A DNA stretch of 33,335 nt from Nemertoderma westbladi (taxonomy: Eukaryota > Animalia > Xenacoelomorpha): positions 1-33,335 of the forward strand of contig JAUCBJ010002696.1 of assembly GCA_032718475.1 (NCBI GenBank), written 5' to 3'. This document shows positions 1 through 11,233 of the stretch, one piece after another. Numbering within the stretch: the stretch's first letter is position 1; every line of letters begins with the position of its first letter. The translations under genes and the position numbers were made by a program. A model generated the notes under the pieces. The model did no database searches. It saw nothing but the letters and a program-made list of their open reading frames with translations, and was not told the DNA's origin.

Positions 1-684
1 GATCAGTTAGGCACTTGGCAGGATTTCCTCGACTTCTGGAGCCAGTAGGTGGAGTTATCATCACCCCATCATCATTATGATGATCTAAGGACATGCGTAG
101 AACATAGTCAACAACAATTATGAACAAGAATGGTGCAAGTGTGTCTCCCCGGAGGACGCCCCCTAACACTTCAAATGGTTCTGTGTCACCGTCAACAGTA
201 GACACAAATGTTGTCGAACCATCGTATACTGATCTGATTGCTGCAATAATTTCATCAGGAATCCCATATAATGAAAGTATGATGAACATACGTGAGCGAG
301 AGACCGACTCAAAGGCCTTGAGAAGTCAACAAGGATAACAGCCAGATGCCTGTCTTTCTTTTTTGATAACTCTTCAATTATCCTTCTAAGTGCCAAAATG
401 GGCTCCATGGTCCCACGACCTTTACGGAACCCATTCTGATTTCCACGGAGCAGTCTCTCAAGGGGATCCCTGATGCGATTTAATAGAATTATATTGTATA
501 GCATTGCAGCAATCGAGATCAATGAGATTCCCCGAAAAGAACCATAGAGTGTTGGTTGCCCTTCTTGGGAACTGGCACCAACTTTTTTTGTTTTCATTTC
601 TTGTGGGACTCATGTTGTACGGTACATGTCTACTATGATGCGATAGATGAGCTTTAAACACTCAGGTATTTTAAAGACCTCAGT
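1..684 (-). mobile_element. RTE-clade LINE fragment, copy 1 (frameshifted RT, continues off the window edge)
   Basis: Near-identical to about 30487-31158 of the long copy. Peptides RGISL, NQNGFRKGRGT and VDF are visible, but the frame is broken. Homology stops at about 684. Confidence 0.92.
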
Positions 685-1673
685 ACCTTTAGTCCCCGCG
701 GTCACTTAGTCGCATTATCGCGGGCACTAATGTCCCGCGAGATGTTAGTGCCCGCGAGACGTTAGTGCCCGCGAGACATTAGTGCCCGCGAGAAATTAGT
801 CCCCGCGAGACATTAGTGCCCGCGTCTAGCGACTTAGTTATTATATGTAATAAATACAACAGGCCAGAAAGATATTTCCCGCTTCTTTAGTTCCTGCCGA
901 TGATGCAAACGAGTCGTTACTTTCTTCAAACTTATAAGGTAATTTCCAGTCTTTAGTTCCCGCATCTCGTTATTTAACATTTTAATTTCAACTTGGGTCT
1001 TTTATGATTAAAAAATATATTAACCTCAGTTAGACATGGTATCAATTATATTATTTGGTTTTGCGGTAAAGTTTTCAAGGAATGAGGATTAAGCAACAGC
1101 GTTTGATTGTTTATAAGTAACTTACTTTTGATTGAGTATACTAATTTGTTGAACTTAACTGGAGACAGTGTGAATAAAAAAAACAAGGTGCAGTACTACA
1201 GTATAATCGTCGGAGGACGCACTAACCAATATATTTTAGTAATTAATTAATGCTCGACTGTCGACTGTCTGACATTTTGTCGACGAATTAAAAGTAAAGT
1301 AGCACTTTTAGTTAATTAAATTAGGGAATTAATTAAATTAGTGTATGTAAATGGACGACTTTGGTTGAATGGGTTATAAGTAAGAAGAAATACGGATTGC
1401 CTAATACTAACTTCAAATTCAGTGCGGGGTGCAGGGACTAATGACTCGCGGGGACTAACGTCTCACTTGCAGACAAGGTCCTCACGCACTAATGATTCGC
1501 GGGCACTAACGTCTCACTTGCAGACAAGGACCTCGGGAACTAATGACTCGCGGGCACTAACGTCTCACTTACAGACATGGTTCCCGGGCACTAATGACTC
1601 GCGGGCACTAAAGTCCTGAGACATTAGTGCCCGCGGGCACTAACGTCTCGCGGGCACTAACGTCCCCCAATCC
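685..1673. mobile_element. Foldback/MITE-like non-autonomous DNA element with inverted subterminal 17-bp repeat arrays
   Basis: The left arm (about 720-825) has tandem TTAGTGCCCGCGAGAC(A/G). The right arm (about 1430-1665) has the reverse complement, arranged as 51-bp (3x17) units, and ends ...ACGTCCCCCAATCC. The core is AT-rich and the left terminus looks lost. Superfamily not assignable. Confidence 0.7.
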
Positions 1674-1677
1674 TCCC

Positions 1678-2549
1678 ATACTGTCAACCCCTACAGGCAA
1701 CAGACCAACTATCCCACTGACTTATACAAAATCAACCAATAATGACGAGAGCAATATATGAGATAGAGGTTACACATTTAACCTGATAACAACCATTACG
1801 ATCAGAGAAAACGCCTAATATTAACAAACATTTCCACTCCCTATCACTATTCTACTACTAACAGTTAAACAAAACACCCCCCCCCCCCCCCCCCATACAA
1901 CTAACTGTTAATAACCCCCACCCCTCAACACTATCACTATGTCTACTGCGTGGTAGAACCGCCGTGACTCATCCTCAGAGGATGTGGTGATTGGCAGGTT
2001 GACGCCTGTAGCATTATATATACTACATTACAATCATCGTTGCGCTCGATTTCAATTAAATTAAATTTTTTAGTGGAGTTTGGATGATACACAATACCTA
2101 ACGACTTGAATTTATATTTCAAAAATATGTTAATGAATGATTTCCACTAATAAATTCCTACTATGTAATTGTACATAGATTACAGAATAAAAAGTATGCT
2201 TTACTAACAAAAATAAGAATAACTTTAAATATTAACAAATTTAACTATTTTGTTATTTGGAATGTCCGTTTCGTTTTATCCATTTGGTACAGGAAAGATA
2301 AATCACAGATACCATCCCTGCACCGAACATGAGAAAACCACAGTTAGTTAGGGCCCATTCTGGCCCATACTGTTTGGATATCAATCCACTGACCAGTGGG
2401 CCTAGACTGGCCCCTAACGCCCACAAACAGTTGTACATTCCAGACATCTTCCCGTATGTATCGTGGTTGTCGGGGAAACCCGCGGTGACAGCTCCCTCCA
2501 ATAGGATTGCAAACTGCGGGACCATGGTCATACTCCAGAACACAGCCAT
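1678..2549 (-). pseudogene. Partial duplicate of the SLC18B1-like gene (last ~98 codons plus downstream flank)
   Basis: Matches 3965-4958 almost exactly except for a 121-bp deletion (4337-4457). The track ORF 2253-2621 starts at GTG in unrelated sequence and joins the transporter frame at MAVFWS. Confidence 0.9.
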
Positions 2550-3299
2550 AAAGGGGGTCTCTTTATTGAGAGGCAGTATTATTATTGCCGCGGAACTGCC
2601 CCAACTCACCACCTCTCCCACTCTCGCTCTCCGACGAAAATGAACATAAAATCAACATACACCAACCCACTACCCTACCCCACACCGCGACACCCACCCA
2701 CACCTACGATCTGAAAGATTGTACCCAATACAAAAAAAAAACAGGATAAGTTGAATCATACAACTAAAGCGGTAAGCTTGCAAGACGAATGCATGATTTA
2801 CTGAGAATATCAGTCATAATCTCACTTCATGGAATACTGTACATATTGTTCAAAACTTTTACTAAATTAATTGCAATGCTCACCTATCATTTCGCGAGTG
2901 TCAATACATACTCTTACATACTCATGCATGTTAAAAATTAAGGTATAATTGGTACTGTACAAATCTGACAAATACTGGGATTGTAATTCAACTAGCATGA
3001 TATAAACTAACGAACAAATTGGCAATTAATATGGCTGATATTTACTTCCTTTTCATGTATATTTTTCAGAAATATTTCATTAATTTACATATTTCCAGGC
3101 CCTTTCACCCCATTTTACCAAATTTTTTACTTTCAGGGATTTTAATTTCCATGCGGTATAGGGTTCCGCAACTTTTAGTGGCAACACTAGAGACATCTAA
3201 CCCAGGGTAGGGTATTCCTTAAATACCCCCTGTAGGTGTTGGGCTGGGCACCTATGGGTAAGATACAGCATAGCGCACTACCCAACTAACAAATTTCCA

Positions 3300-4300
3300 A
3301 CTAAATCTTCCACTTTTTTTTCTCTAAAACGCTCAAACTACCGTCCCAACTTCAGAAAAACAGAATAAAATTGGATAGTTAGTAATAAATACTATTACTA
3401 TTTAATAAAGGTTCTATACCTATAATGATAATGGACAATATCTCTCCTAAATACACAACAAAACAATCCATCTATAAACACTATTCCCCTACCAATTAAC
3501 AGATTACCAATACATCTCACTATACCACATCAAAAATCAATGTCACACCACCACTGCCTTTTCATTACATTTATAATGATATCAACAACCCAAAGATACC
3601 CCATTTGCTATCATCTTATTGATAAAGCGCGATTTTATACCTCTGTTATAAGATAGAATTATGGAGATAAATTTCTACCCCTGTTATATGGAATATTCAC
3701 CAAGAACAAACCAACAACATCTATGGGAAATTTTTTAAAACGATTAAACATGTCAACTGTTGATTTATGACTCCAGCTAATGGACTATATAATAAACAAA
3801 CACCAGTGACTCTCGAATTACAGACCTTCCAACCACCACGCAATGCTCCCATTCCTACACGATTAATGAAACACTCATAACCGACCTTAGGATTAGCCTC
3901 CCCTCCATTCCCCACACGGCGGGCAGCATTATTAGTCCTTCAGAATATAAGTCATCAATATCAAATACTGTCAACCCCTACAGGCAACAGACCAACTATC
4001 CCACTGACTTATACAAAATCAACCAATAATGACGAGAGCAATATATGAGATAGAGGTTACACATTTAACCTGATAACAACCATTACGATCAGAGAAAACG
4101 CCTAATATTAACAAACATTTCCACTCCCTATCACTATTCTACTACTAACAGTTAAACAAAACACCCCCCCCCCCCCCCCCCCATACTACTAACTGTTAAT
4201 AACCCCCACCCCTCACCACTATCACTATGTCTACTGCGTGGTAGAACCGCCGTGACTCATCCTCAGAGGATGTGGTGATTGGCAGGTTGACGCCTGTAGC
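3300..4300 (+). mobile_element. Possible heavily decayed retroelement (Penelope-like?) ORF remnant
   Basis: Strong A/C strand bias and broken peptides near 3945-4120 (e.g. PYRQQT, DQRKRLIL) that loosely recall a GIY-YIG C-terminus. No intact motif. Confidence 0.2.
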
Positions 4301-4661
4301 ATTATATATACTACATTACAATAATCGTTGCGCTCGTCCTCCGCAAAATATAGCCAAAGTATATACCATACAGGATACAGCACAAAGTTATTCTACCGTT
4401 CTGATCCAAATGATATATCTCCCATTATTCGAAACCAGAGAGATCGTGTTTATTAGGATTTCAATTAAATTAAATTTTTTAGTGGAGTTTGGATGATACA
4501 CAATACCTAACGACTTGAATTTATATTTCAAAAATATGTTAATGAATGATTTCCACTAATAAATTCCTACTATGTAATTGTACATAGATTACAGAATAAA
4601 AAGTATGCTTTACTAACAAAAATAAGAATAACTTTAAATATTAACAAATTTAACTATTTTG

Positions 4662-5987
4662 TTATTTGGAATGTCCGTTTCGTTTTATCCATTTGGTACA
4701 GGAAAGATAAATCACAGATACCATCCCTGCACCGAACATGAGAAAACCACAGTTAGTTAGGGCCCATTCTGGCCCATACTGTTTGGATATCAATCCACTG
4801 ACCAGTGGGCCCAGACTGGCCCCTAACGCCCACAAACAGTTGTACATTCCAGACATCTTCCCGTATGTATCGTGGTTGTCGGGGAAACCCGCGGCAACAG
4901 CTCCCTCCAATAGGATTGCAAACTGCGGGACCATGGTCATACTCCAGAACACAGCCATGATGAGTGCTGAGCCGATAGACAGTACGATATGGTGTTCTAA
5001 CAAGAGGAAAGGAGCTGGCCCTATGGACATGTCCATCATGCCGGTACCGAATAGGCCGACTACAATTAGAATGTGTTTGTGTCCACGATCGGAGAGGAAT
5101 CCCCATATAGGAGCGCTTAATGCGAAGGCAACCGCGCTCCCTGTTAGTATACCACCGATTGCTATGGGGGCGAGTCCATAATTCATCGTAAAATACGGCT
5201 CGGCTAAGGGCAGAAGGTAATCGGAAGCAACGCTAATGCATAAAATAATCGAGAGGCCCCATAAAATGTGAATCTCCTTAAACAATCTCCATATAGAGCC
5301 GCCGGTTTCGACTATTTGTGTTTCTGGGTTTTGAAGTATACAAACTTGTATTATAAACAGGAATAACATTAGAGAACCGACTAGGTAGAATGGTAGTTGA
5401 AAGCCGCCTAATTCGTAAAGTCCAGCTCCCATTAGCGGCGCGAGAATCCCGGAAATACCGGATGTTAATTCCCAGAAACTGACGACTGTGGACAATCGAT
5501 CTGGGAAGTCACTCGCGATGATTGTGAAAGAGGCGGTGTGATAGGCGCTCGAGCCTAGACCTTCTAGTGTCCGCAGCACCATACATGACCAGAAGAAAGC
5601 AGTACCGTCGTGTATAAAGTGTAGGAAACCATACGAGATGGTGGAAACCGCGGCTAATATAACCCCGACTAGGTAGAGCGTTCGCACGCCCGTGTAAGCC
5701 AGTAGTACGCCGAATATAGGGCTCGTAATAAACTTTGTGATTTGGTATATCGCGAAAATTAATCCCACTTGGAACAGGTTGACACCCCGTTTGGCGGCTT
5801 CACCAGGGAAGAATGGAACCATAAGTACGTAACACGCTCCCGCAAAGAAGCTCAGTGTTAATAGACAAACGAGGTTGATGATTTGGTGTCGTGTGTATTT
5901 AATCTTTTCTGCCTTGTCAGGGATTATTTTATCTTTTTCGGAGTTTGGGGGAATTTCTTCCATTTTCGTATAACCAGGTAAAGACAT
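4662..5987 (-). CDS. SLC18B1: MFS-type transporter, SLC18B1-like (vesicular polyamine/amine transporter family), single coding exon, 441 aa
   Basis: Uninterrupted ATG-to-stop ORF with about 12 hydrophobic segments. Family-typical strings include PFFPGEAAKRG, LRTLEGLG, LYELGGFQLPF, APIWGFLSDR, GPAPFL and TYGKMSGM...LGASLGP. Confidence 0.9.
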   Translation of the reverse strand: MSLPGYTKMEEIPPNSEKDKIIPDKAEKIKYTRHQIINLVCLLTLSFFAGACYVLMVPFFPGEAAKRGVNLFQVGLIFAIYQITKFITSPIFGVLLAYTGVRTLYLVGVILAAVSTISYGFLHFIHDGTAFFWSCMVLRTLEGLGSSAYHTASFTIIASDFPDRLSTVVSFWELTSGISGILAPLMGAGLYELGGFQLPFYLVGSLMLFLFIIQVCILQNPETQIVETGGSIWRLFKEIHILWGLSIILCISVASDYLLPLAEPYFTMNYGLAPIAIGGILTGSAVAFALSAPIWGFLSDRGHKHILIVVGLFGTGMMDMSIGPAPFLLLEHHIVLSIGSALIMAVFWSMTMVPQFAILLEGAVAAGFPDNHDTYGKMSGMYNCLWALGASLGPLVSGLISKQYGPEWALTNCGFLMFGAGMVSVIYLSCTKWIKRNGHSK

Positions 5988-7654
5988 TGTTAAATAGGAT
6001 TTTAATTAGTTTTTGCTTTACAATTTATGATTGTAATTCATTTATAAACACGGAAATAACACATTCCCATTATATTGTATTGAATATACTGTCTAAAAGG
6101 ACAATAATGACTCCCTATATGAAATATGCTGCAGCCCCTAACTTGTTAATTATTTTATTTTATACATTAAAAACGTTTTCAACTCATTGTTAATAAATAA
6201 ATTAATTATGATTGTTAATAAATGTTGTTTGTTTAGTATATTAATATTTAATACAACAAAGTTAATTAAACTAATTATGATTTCATATTTGTATGTAATT
6301 ATAGAAATATTAATTAAATTTAATTTTAAACCGAAATTAATTATTCCAGCCCAAATGTACTATTATTTATAACAAATTTATATCCATAATAAAATTATTA
6401 GTGGTATTTAATCCTCTCTCTTGGGGGTGTTTTTATAATTTACAAATATTTTAGACTGCACATTATTAACCTTAAACAACAAAAATGATGCATCATGGTA
6501 TATAGACTTATTGTACTTATGTGCGTATTATACAATTCTTGTCTATTTATTGGTTTTTATGACTCGCTATTACGATTCAGTTGGAATAAGCATATTAGTC
6601 AATTATTGGGAATTTTGCCAGATGTTACTATAGGATATATTGATTATGTTTGGATGCCAAAAGATATAACAACGATAAGGGCACCCTTATATAACAGTTG
6701 GCCTTCTGTATATAAATTAATCTCTTGGAGTTCTAATCAATGACCATATACAGTATGTTATGTTCCATGAAGTACGAAATACTAAGGGGCGAGCCATGTT
6801 TGTTTGTAGCCTATACTATGTAGGCTGCTTTAGTTTTATAATAATATTAAAATATATTCATTTTCAATTTTCAAAGATTACGATATTCTAGTATGAATAT
6901 AACTTGAGGGGGGGGGGGGGGGGGGGGGGCTTCCTTCAAGATATGATAAAACCTCGTATATTGTTTTTGTTAGAATAATATGTCAGTATAACCTGCCCCT
7001 TTCCATTAATTGCTAAATAACATTGTTAATACGCCGGTTCGTAAAGCATAATTAATTCGTCAAGCAAGATGTAGGCCTAATGTAATATCGAATATGTCGA
7101 TTAGGCGCATGGGTGGATATGAATTCCATCTCGGCGATTTCATTTTTCCGTCTCAATTGTAAATTATCAATTAAAGGACAATGTGTAAGGGTACGTTACT
7201 CTAACCAAAACAATAAAATATGGTAATCAATAGGACACATCCGACCCAAAAACATTTCTTGGTTGCGCGGAAAAATTTGATTGTCGGACTGGCATCATTG
7301 GCTTACAACAGGGGCGACATTTTTAAAAAAAATGTATCAACTTTGAGGCATTTAGGCCTATGTAAATTAGTTCATATTTAAGGATCTGTAATACCACCTG
7401 GGTTGAAGTTCTCGGTCCATGACTTTGGTAAAATGTACATAGATATGTAGTGTAGGTCTTCTATGAAAATTTCTGCACAAAGGTATTGTTTTTAAAAAAT
7501 TTATGGGGGTTTTATTATGTTCGGGCTATATTTTTGGAATCAAATATTTTATGATAGACAAAGTGTAGCAGTTACAAAATCGGTTCCAGAAGATCCAAAT
7601 GGCCATGTTTTACAAAACCATTACTCATGATTGTAACCATAAAGCTGCTGTATG

Positions 7655-7845
7655 GTGGCCCATGAGTATCACAGAAAAATTTATGAAAAAATAGTAAAAT
7701 TTCCTTAGAAAAAAATTTCTTCAAAATTTTTTTTCCTAAAATAAAAATTTCCTACAAAAAATTAACTGAGAAAAAAATTTCCTTGTAAAAAATTTCACTA
7801 GAAAAAAATTAATGAGAAAATAAATTGGCCACTCTCATGGGCCAC
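7655..7845. mobile_element. Small inverted-repeat (MITE-like) remnant
   Basis: GTGGCCCATGAG (7655-7666) and CTCATGGGCCAC (7834-7845) form a perfect inverted pair around A/T-tract repeats of the AAAAATTTCCT type. Confidence 0.45.
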
Positions 7846-8202
7846 TGCTGACTGGCCACTGCACTGTAGGCGTAGGCCAAAACGTTTTATTTTGAGACAG
7901 TCTATGTAGCATAGGCTACTTTCTCATTTAGGTGGTGTCAGAGTGCAGGCAGAGTGACTATTACTGCTAATGAGGTATGTTAAAAAATTTCAGTTTAATA
8001 GACAGTGCATGCATCTCAATGAACTTTCACTGAATCTCACATCAAACATATTACGTCAAAAATCTCTAGAACCTCCGGAATATTCTACAAACTGCGTCAC
8101 ATATTTCCCCTTCGTATACTTCGCCAACTATATTTTTCACTTGTACACACCTATTTATTATATATAAATTTATGTTGGGCACAGATTTTGCAAAGTCGGC
8201 AA

Positions 8203-8276
8203 TGACGTCCAGGTGGGATCAACTGGTGACCTCTGGCTTGGAAGCCTGACGCTCTATCCATTCAGCTAGCCATTCA
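8203..8276 (-). mobile_element. tRNA-derived SINE head or tRNA pseudogene
   Basis: The minus strand reads GGC-TAGCTGAATGG-ATAGAGCG-TCAGGCTTCCAAGCCAGA-GGTCACC-AGTTGATCCC. This gives a box A, an anticodon-like hairpin and a degenerate box B, with no good acceptor stem. Confidence 0.55.
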
Positions 8277-8294
8277 TACCATAGTTATAATAAT

Positions 8295-8700
8295 ATGAAA
8301 CCTACAACCCATACACGTATAAAAATAAACAAACTCCTCTGCTGTATTACTTCGTCATACTGCCAAGCTTCTTCTAAACCTATCTATAAGTCTCTCGGCA
8401 TTCTACCTATTGACCTCCTCTATAAGCACCGAGTAGGATCCCCCATCTACGATGTAAACGCTAACCTATTTAAACTTGATTCTACTTTAGGCTCATTATT
8501 TACTAAACTTGCCTCTGTAGCCACAGATACCCAACTCGCCTTGTTACTACCGATATGGTTTCTCTATTCAGAAGGTCCACCTAACTAACTCCGAAGCTTC
8601 CATGAATTATCAAGGCCCTTCAATATGGAACGCATTACCACCTAAACTAAAACACTCAAAATCAAACAATTATTTTAGTCAGAGAATAAATGAGACTGGT
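8295..8700 (+). mobile_element. Degenerate 3' fragment of a CR1-group LINE (L2/Crack/Daphne-like)
   Basis: The peptides SSKPIYKSLGILPIDLLY and, in another frame, YQGPSIWNALPPKLK match the typical post-RT C-terminus of this group. Confidence 0.6.
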
Positions 8701-8840
8701 AATATCCCTGGAGTTAGATAGACACTTATCATCCAGTTTTTATATACCTCACCACGTATCATTTATTACAGTCGCTGCCATCCATTGCCTCTCAGAGTCT
8801 TCTATCCCAGAATGCTACTGTTACATTATTCAGCTGACCA

Positions 8841-9605
8841 TCTTCTTTCTCTTTCTATATATTATTATATTATTTTATATTATAATACAATTGTGAACGG
8901 GCTATCTATGTATGTCGTAGCTCTATCTCCGCCTAAACGCTCCGGTGGATCGTTACAAAATTTTGTGGTTTATATGTGTACTGACCACGGAATAGGAAAG
9001 TTACGCGTTAATTAATTAATTAATTCTCGAGATAATTAAGAATATGTAAGATCTTAACATGTTGAGCTCAACATATCCATTGCTCACGAACACACTTCAG
9101 CCAATTATAAGACGTCGGTGTGCGCTATTATTAAAGGTCAAGAAGGCTATATGAGTAATGAACTTGATTTCTTTTCATTATTATCATTAAAATCAAACAT
9201 TAACTGGGTTAGGTGGCTATTACAGCCTCTTCTGAAAGTTCTTCCCATTGCATTCTATGGGAAGATCTACAAGGTTACTCAATCTGCTATGTTAGGTGGT
9301 GTGCAAGCTGAATGACTGTTAGTTACACAGTCTGTTGGCTACTGTTGATTACAATGTACTCTCATCTAATAGTAATTGTTTTATTTATAAATCTTTGGGC
9401 CAACATTAATACTGTGGAGGCTGTATGCTTATTAGGCTGAGTTTTGTCGTTAGGTTATTATATTTTTTGATTCAACTTGTTAGATTGACCATAATTATAT
9501 TAATATTTGACTTCAGTAATTGAGCTATTCTATAGGAGTAATTTATATGATTTCTAAATATTTGCAAAAACGCATAGTAACTCTCGCTAAACCTATGATT
9601 ACTAG
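8841..9605 (+). mobile_element. Possible non-autonomous Helitron-like element
   Basis: A|TC start followed by a TATAT-rich head. CTATCTCCGCCTAAACGCTCCGGTGGATCGTTACAAAATTT resembles 5' motifs of invertebrate Helitron-N repeats. There is a candidate CTAG|T end at 9602-9606 with a weak hairpin (CATAG...CTATG). Boundaries uncertain. Confidence 0.3.
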
Positions 9606-10276
9606 TGTAGTATGTCATACTCACTCAAGTTAGGCCTAAGCCAACTGCAGTGGTTAAGTCAGTAATTCTCGAATGGAGTGGATACGGCACCGACGCTGAG
9701 CTTTCACCTTAGTGTTTGGCAGCTTAGTGTATAAATTTCGCACCAAGTGCTTTTCTTCTTGAAGGGGACACTAAAATTATACAGTACTTGGAAAATTTCG
9801 AAACTTTTGCCAGAATGACCAACATAAAGAAACAGTAGGCCGGCCTACAGTAATATCGTAAAATTTGGGCAATAATGTGAAACGTTAGGCATTCTATCTT
9901 TTTGCGAGTCAAAATCTGGAAAACGTTTGTCTATGAAAACTTTCATGTTTTATTTAAGGAATTTAAGTACTTGGAAATTTACAAAATTCTGGTAGGGTTA
10001 CTACCACTTTAGTCCTAAGAATTCTAAAATTGTCCAAGTTTGAGTAAAAAAATTCCATAGTCCTCGCATTTATTTTTTTTTGTATAATACGCATTACATT
10101 TATGGGGCCATTCGATTTCATTCTTTATTATTATTATTGACGTCATTATCTGAACTATGTCCTCCACGATTTCTTTTAAAACTTTCTCTGGGAAAATAAT
10201 TGTATCAAATTTACTACTTTTTACTGGATTCTGTAAGTCTGGGTCAATATTTTGTAGAGTAATAGCTAGTTTAGAC

Positions 10277-10311
10277 CCTAACGATAGATAATATAGTTAT
10301 CTATCGTTAGG
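10277..10311. repeat. Perfect 15-bp inverted repeat with 5-nt spacer
   Basis: CCTAACGATAGATAA-TATAG-TTATCTATCGTTAGG. Confidence 0.9.
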
Positions 10312-10647
10312 TTGCTACTGTGTAAGTTGCCTTTAGTGAAATTCCGCCTCACTCAAAGACCAGTTTTGAAATACATTGGCAATAATTGAAATAATGTTCA
10401 GCGGTAGGCCTACTTGAGTGATGAATGTATCAAATTATTTGTCCTTAACAACATTGAATAAACGATAATGCCATACAGTAGGATTACACTATATCTATAA
10501 TTATACAAGTTTACTTATATTACAGTTCTCAGAATTTTTTTTCTATCTTTTAAGTAGTTGAAGTAATATACATATGGAGGTTATCCTCTACTATAGCTAA
10601 ACTGTAGCACAAAATAGTGATCATTGTACAAAGTGATCATTGTTTTT

Positions 10648-10793
10648 CTAGTTCATTTGAGATATACTCTGTCGTTGGGACTGATCAAATTCGAATGTCG
10701 AGTTGTCTTTCCTCAACATTTCCTTGTATTTCTTGGGGCAAAGAAGTCGCAGAAAGGCTCGCCGATAACCGCGGTTGAAAAACACATAAATAA
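10648..10793 (-). CDS. Aminergic GPCR, last coding exon (end of TM7, helix 8, C-tail)
   Basis: Acceptor ttttgcag|TT in phase 1 completes NP-V-IYVFFNRGYRRAFLRLLC (NPxxY motif and helix 8). Stop at 10650-10648. Confidence 0.88.
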
Positions 10794-11233
10794 CTGCAAA
10801 ATAATACGATTTACATTTATTAATTAATACTAAAGTTCGGGTCAAGTCTACAGTACATACAGTATGAGAGAATTTAGAACTATTGTAATGTCTAGTAGAA
10901 ATGCTGCGATTTTTCTGTACGTCATACAAAAACGCCCGGCAAACAGGTAATCGTAACAATAGGTACCACTCCGTTGGTTTGGTTGCACTATCTGCCCACC
11001 TCTATCTTACTTAGCTAGATAAATTACAACCGCTCGCCTACAAAAAGCACATATAACTTACATACATACCGCACGTACTATACGCCCAGTTTCATTTAAA
11101 AGACACTACATTACATACAGTACTGATAAACCTCAACTTTATTATATATTTTTATAATGTGCTATTATGCATATATTATTTTTATATTGTGGTGCGAGCC
11201 CCATAATATAAAAATTTTATATTGTGTAATAAT

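Noticed and set aside
2253-2621. Independent 122-aa membrane protein gene
   Set aside because: It has a GTG start in unrelated sequence fused to a duplicated transporter tail, and there is no evidence of expression.
4257-4300. CATCCTC-A-GAGGATG palindrome (also near 1970) as a second hammerhead
   Set aside because: There is no CUGANGA...GAAA core or flanking stems on either strand.
4738-5181. Plus-strand 147-aa ORF, and similar antisense ORFs over the RTE copies
   Set aside because: These are antisense shadows of real coding sequence with no recognisable motifs.
6907-6929. Long G homopolymer (similar runs near 1877, 4163, 25247 and 27727) as functional G-quadruplexes
   Set aside because: Such runs recur throughout the window with no specific context, and their lengths are unreliable in assemblies.
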